A stretch of 64,000 nt of DNA, from the NCBI GenBank assembly GCA_964016885.1, contig OZ024740.1, forward strand, positions 204,352,001 through 204,416,000. The letters run 5' to 3'. The notes below the pieces were generated by a model. It was not told the DNA's origin. It saw only the letters and a program-made list of their open reading frames with translations, and did no database searches. Source of the stretch: Eledone cirrhosa. Lineage: Eukaryota. Within the stretch, counting starts at the first letter, position 1. Each line of letters starts with the position of its first letter. Position numbers and translations under genes: made by a program. Shown one piece after another: positions 59,401 to 64,000 of the stretch.

Positions 59401-62400
59401 TCGTTATAGACCCAGACGTGGCTATGTTATTAAGGAGTTCGTTATAGACCCAGACGCGGCTGCGTTATTAAGGAGTTTATTATCGAACCAGACGTGGCTG
59501 TGTTGTTAAGGAGTTCGTTATAGACACAGACGGGGCTGTGTTATTAAGGAGTTTATTATAGACCCAGACGTGGCTGTGTTGTTAAGGAGTTCGTTATAGA
59601 CACAGATGGGGTTGTATTATTAAGGAGTTTATTATACACCCAGACGTGACTGTGTTGTTAAGGAGTTTATTATAGACCCAGACTATGGCTGTGTTATTAA
59701 GGAGTTTATTATAGACCCAGATGTGTCTGTGTTGTTAAGGTGTTCATTATAGACCCAAAACTGGCTGTGTTATTAAGGAGTTCGTTATAGACACAGATGG
59801 GGCTGTGTTGTTAAGGAGTTTATTATAGACCCAGACGTGGCTGTGTTATTAACGGGTTTCTTATAGACCCAGACGTGGCTGTGTTATTAAGAAGTTTATT
59901 ATAGACCCAGACGTAACTGTGTTGTTAAGGAGTTCGTTATAGACCCAGACGTGGCTATGTTATTAAGGAGTTCGTTATAGACCCAGACGCGGCTGCGTTA
60001 TTAAGGAGTTTATTATCGAACCAGACGTGGCTGTGTTGTTAAGGAGTTCGTTATAGACACAGACGGGGCTGTGTTATTAAGGAGTTTATTATAGACCCAG
60101 ACGTGGCTGTGTTGTTAAGGAGTTCGTTATAGACACAGATGGGGCTGTATTATTAAGGAGATTATTATACACCCAGACGTGACTGTGTTGTTAAGGAGTT
60201 TATTATAGACCCAGACTATGGCTGTGTTATTAAGGAGTTTATTATAGACCCAGATGTGTCTGTGTTGTTAAGGTGTTCATTATAGACCCAAAACTGGCTG
60301 TGTTATTAAGGAGTTCGTTATAGACACAGATGGGGCTGTGTTGTTAAGGAGTTTATTATAGACCCAGACGTGGCTGTGTTATTAACGGGTTTCTTATAGA
60401 CCCAGACGTGGCTGTGTTATTAAGGAGTTTATTATAGACCCAGACGTGGCGGTTTTGTTAAGGAGTTCGTTATAGACCCAGACGTGGCTGTGTTATTAAG
60501 GAGTTTATTATAGACCCAGACGTGGCTGTGTTATTAAGGAGTTTGTTATAGACCCAGACGTGGCTGTGTTGTTAAGGAGTTCGTTATAGACGCAGACGGG
60601 GCTGTGTTATTAAGGAGTTTCTTATAGACCCAGACGTAGCTGTGTTATTAAGGAGTCTGTTATAGCCCCAGATCGGCTGTGTTGTTAAGGAGTTCGTTAT
60701 AGACACAGACGGGGCTGTGATATTAAGGTGTTTATTATAGACCCAGACGTGGCTGTTATTAAGGGGTTTCTTATAGACCCAGACGTGGCTGTGTTATTAA
60801 GGAGTTTATTATAGACCCAGACGTGGCGGTGTTGTTACGGAGTTCGTTATAGACCCAGACGTGGCTGTGTTATTAAGGACTTTATTATAGACCCAGACGT
60901 AGCTGTGTTGTTAAGGAGTTCGTTATAGACCCAGACGTGGTGTGTTATTAAGAAGTTTATTATACACCCAGACGTGACTGTGTTGTTAAGGAGTTCATTA
61001 TAGACCCAGACGTGGCTATGTTATTAAGGAGTTCGTTATAGACCCAGACGGGGCATTGTTATTAAGGAGTTTATTATCGAACCAGATGTGGCTGTGTTGT
61101 TAAGGAGTTCGTTATAGACACAGACGGGGCTGTGTTATTAAGGAGTTTATTATAGACCCAGACGTGGCTGTGTTGTTAAGGAGTTCGTTATAGACAGAGA
61201 TGGGGCTGTATTATTAAGGAGTTTATTATACACCCAGACGTGACTGTGTTGTTAAGGAGTTTATTATAGACCCAGACTATGGCTGTGTTATTAAGGAGTT
61301 TATTATAGACCAGACGTGTCTGTGTTGTTAAGGTGTTCATTATAGACCCAGACGTGGCTGTGTTGTTAAGGAGTTTGTTATAGACCCAGACGTGGATGTG
61401 TTATAGACCCAGACGTGGCTGTGTTATAGACCCAGACGTGGCTATGTTATTAAGAAGTTTCTTATAGACCCAGACGTGGCTGTGTTGTTAAGGAGTTTGT
61501 TATAGACTCAGACGTGGCTGTGTTAATAAGGAGTTTGTTATAGCCACAGATCGGCTGTGTTGTTAAGGAGTTCGTTATAGACACAGACGGGGCTGTGTTA
61601 TTAAGGAGTTTATTATAGACCCAGACGTGGCTGTGTTATTAAGGGGTTTCTGATAGACCCAGACGTAGCTGTGTTATTAAGGAGTTTATTATAGACCCAG
61701 ACGTGGCGGTGTTGTAAAGGAGTTCGTTATAGGCCCAGATGTGGCTGTGTTATTAAGGAGTTTATTATAGACCCAGACGTTGCTGTGTTATTAAAGAGTT
61801 TGTTATAGACCCAGACGTGGCTGTGTTGTTAAGGAGTTTGTTATAGACCATGACGTGGCTGTGTTGTTAAGGAGTTCGTTATAGACCCAGACATGGTTGT
61901 GTTATTAAGGAGTTTGTAGTAGACCCAGACATGGTGGTGTTGTTAAGGAGTTTATTATAGACCCAGACTATGGCTGTGTTATTAAGGAGTTTATTATAGA
62001 ACCAGACGTGTCTGTGTTGTTAAGGTGTTCATTATATACCCAGACGTGGCTGTGTTATTAAGGAGTTCGTTATAGACACAGACGGGGCTGTGTTGTTAAG
62101 GAGTTCATTAGAGACCCAGACGTGGCTGTGTTGTTAAGGAGTTTGTTATAGACCCAGACGTGGCTGTGTTATAGACCCAGACGTGGCTGTGTTATAGACC
62201 CAGCCGTGGCTGTGTTATAGATCCAGACGTGGCTATGTTATTAAGAAGTTTCTTATAGACCCAGACGTGGCTGTGTTGTTAAGGAGTTTGTTATAGACTC
62301 AGACGTGGCTGTGTTATTAAGGAGTTTGTTATAGCCCCATATCGGCTGTGTTGTTAAGGAGTTCGTTATAGACACAGACGTGGCTGTGTTATTAAGGAGT

Positions 62401-64000
62401 TTATTATAGACCCAGACGTGGCTGTGTTATTAAGGGTTTCTTATAGACCCAGACGTGGCTCTGTTGTTAAGGAGATCGTTATAGACACAGACGGGGCTGT
62501 GTTGTTAAGGAGTTTCTTATAGACCCAGACGTGGCTGTGTTCTTAAGGGGTTTCTTATAGACCCAGACGTGGCTGTGTTGGTAAGGATTTTGTTATAGAC
62601 CCAGACGTGACTGTGTTATTAAGGAGTTTATTATAGACCCAGACGTGGCTGTGTTATTAAGGGTTTCTTATAGACACAGGCGTGGCTGTGTTATTAAGGA
62701 GTTTATTATAGACCCAGACGTGGCTGTGTTATTAAGGAGTTTGTTATAGACCCAGACGTGGATATGTTATTAAGGGGTTTCTTATAGACCCAGACGTGGC
62801 TGTGTTGGTAAGGAGTTTGTTATAGACACAGACGTGGCTGTGTTGTTAAGGAGTTCGTTATAGACGCAGACGGGGCTGTGATGTTAAGGAGTTTCCTATA
62901 GACCCAGACGTGGCTGTGTTGTTAAGGAGTTCGTTATAGACACAGACGGGGCTGTGTTGTTAAGGATTTTCTTATAGACCCAGACGGGGCTGTGTTGTTA
63001 AGGAGTTTCTTATAGACCGAGACGGGGCTGTGTTGTTAAGGAGTTTCTTATACACCCAGCCGTGGCTGTATTGTTAAGGAGTTCGTTATAGACACAGACG
63101 TGGCTGTGTTGTTAAGGAGTTTCTTATAGACCCAGACGTGGGTGTGTTGTTAAGGAGTTCCTTATAGACACAGACGGGGCTGTGAAGTTAAAGGCGTTTG
63201 TTATAGACCCAGACGTGACTGTGTTATTAAGGAGTTTATTATAGACCCAGACGTGGCTGTGTTGTTAAGGAGTTTGTTATAGACCCAGACGTGGCTATGT
63301 TATTAAGAAGTTTCTTATAGACCCAGACGTGGCTGTGTTATTAAGGAGTTTGTTATAGCCCCAGATCAGCTGTGTTGTTAAGGAGTTCGTTATAGACACA
63401 GACGGTGCTGTGTTATTAAGGAGTTTATTATAGACCCAGACGTGGCTGTGTTATTAAGGGGTTTCTTATAGACCCAGAGGTGGCTTAGTTATTAAGGAGT
63501 TTATTATAGACCCAGACGTGGCGGTGTTGTAAAGGAGTTCGTTATAGACCCAGACGTGGCTGTGTTATTACGGAGTTTATTATAGACCCAGACGTTGCTG
63601 TGTTATTAAGGAGTTTGTTATAGACCCAGACGTTGCTGTGTTGTTAAGGAGTTTGTTATAGACCATGACGTGGCTGTGTTGTTAAGGAGTTCGCTATAGA
63701 CACAGACGGGGCAGTGTTATTAAGGAGTTCATTATAGACCCAGACGTGGCTGTGTTATAGACACAGACGTGGCTGTGTTATAGACCCAGACGTGGCTGTG
63801 TTATTAAGAAGTTTATTATACACCCAGACGTAACTGTGTTGTTAAGGAGTTCGTTATAGACCCAGACGTGGCTATGTTATTAAGGAGTTCGTTATAGACC
63901 CAGACGCGGCTGCGTTATTAAGGAGTTTATTATCGAACCAGACGTGGCTGTGTTGTTAAGAAGTTCGTTTTAGACACAGACGGGGCTGTGTTATTAAGGA

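Larger units (their letters stand above)
39790..59912. repeat. Near-identical 10,062-bp tandem duplication within the satellite
   Basis: Rare markers recur at +10,062: ACACAGAAGG at 40161 and 50223, and the SINE at 43277 and 53339. Confidence 0.9.
24297..64000. repeat. 38-bp satellite array, roughly 1000 monomers, running off the window
   Basis: Consensus ATAGACCCAGACGTGGCTGTGTTRTTAAGGAGTTYVTT, period 38 (e.g. 24365 to 24403). There are 23-, 37- and 39-bp variants. Orientation is uniform and there are no ORFs. Confidence 0.98.

Noticed and set aside
24297-64000. 38-bp repeats as a CRISPR array
   Set aside because: Monomers are directly adjacent with no unique spacers, there are no cas genes, and the context is eukaryotic.
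24297-64000. Satellite as a coding tandem repeat or an array of HRE/UPRE (ACGTG, GACGTGG) sites
   Set aside because: The period is not a multiple of 3 and stops recur on both strands. The motifs are too short to imply function without data.

Overview
Eukaryotic, repeat-rich DNA. It is most likely from an octopus or other coleoid cephalopod, inferred from recalled SINE sequences and the microsatellite style and not verified by search. Bases 1-24.3 kb are intronic sequence of a plus-strand multi-SRCR (scavenger receptor cysteine-rich) gene. Three frame-compatible exons missed by the ORF track were found (1272-1410, 12118-12281, 14807-14948), plus a possible 21-nt microexon. The introns hold an intact RTE LINE with three C2H2 fingers, RTE-derived bipartite elements, several R4/Dong-type RLE LINEs, an inverted Penelope element with a hammerhead motif, tRNA-derived SINEs, a Helitron-like palindrome and a probable solo LTR. 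From about 24.3 kb to the window end is an array of roughly 1000 copies of a 38-bp satellite. Its monomer resembles the A-box head of a tRNA-derived SINE, and it has nested higher-order duplications (about 5.4 kb and 10,062 bp). The most unusual object is a 1381-bp non-coding LTR element inserted in the satellite (4-bp TSD, with an empty site elsewhere in the array). Its interior is a tRNA-Trp PBS extended past A58, with a mismatch exactly at the m1A58 position, fused head-to-head to a second, inverted PBS and LTR-like sequence.
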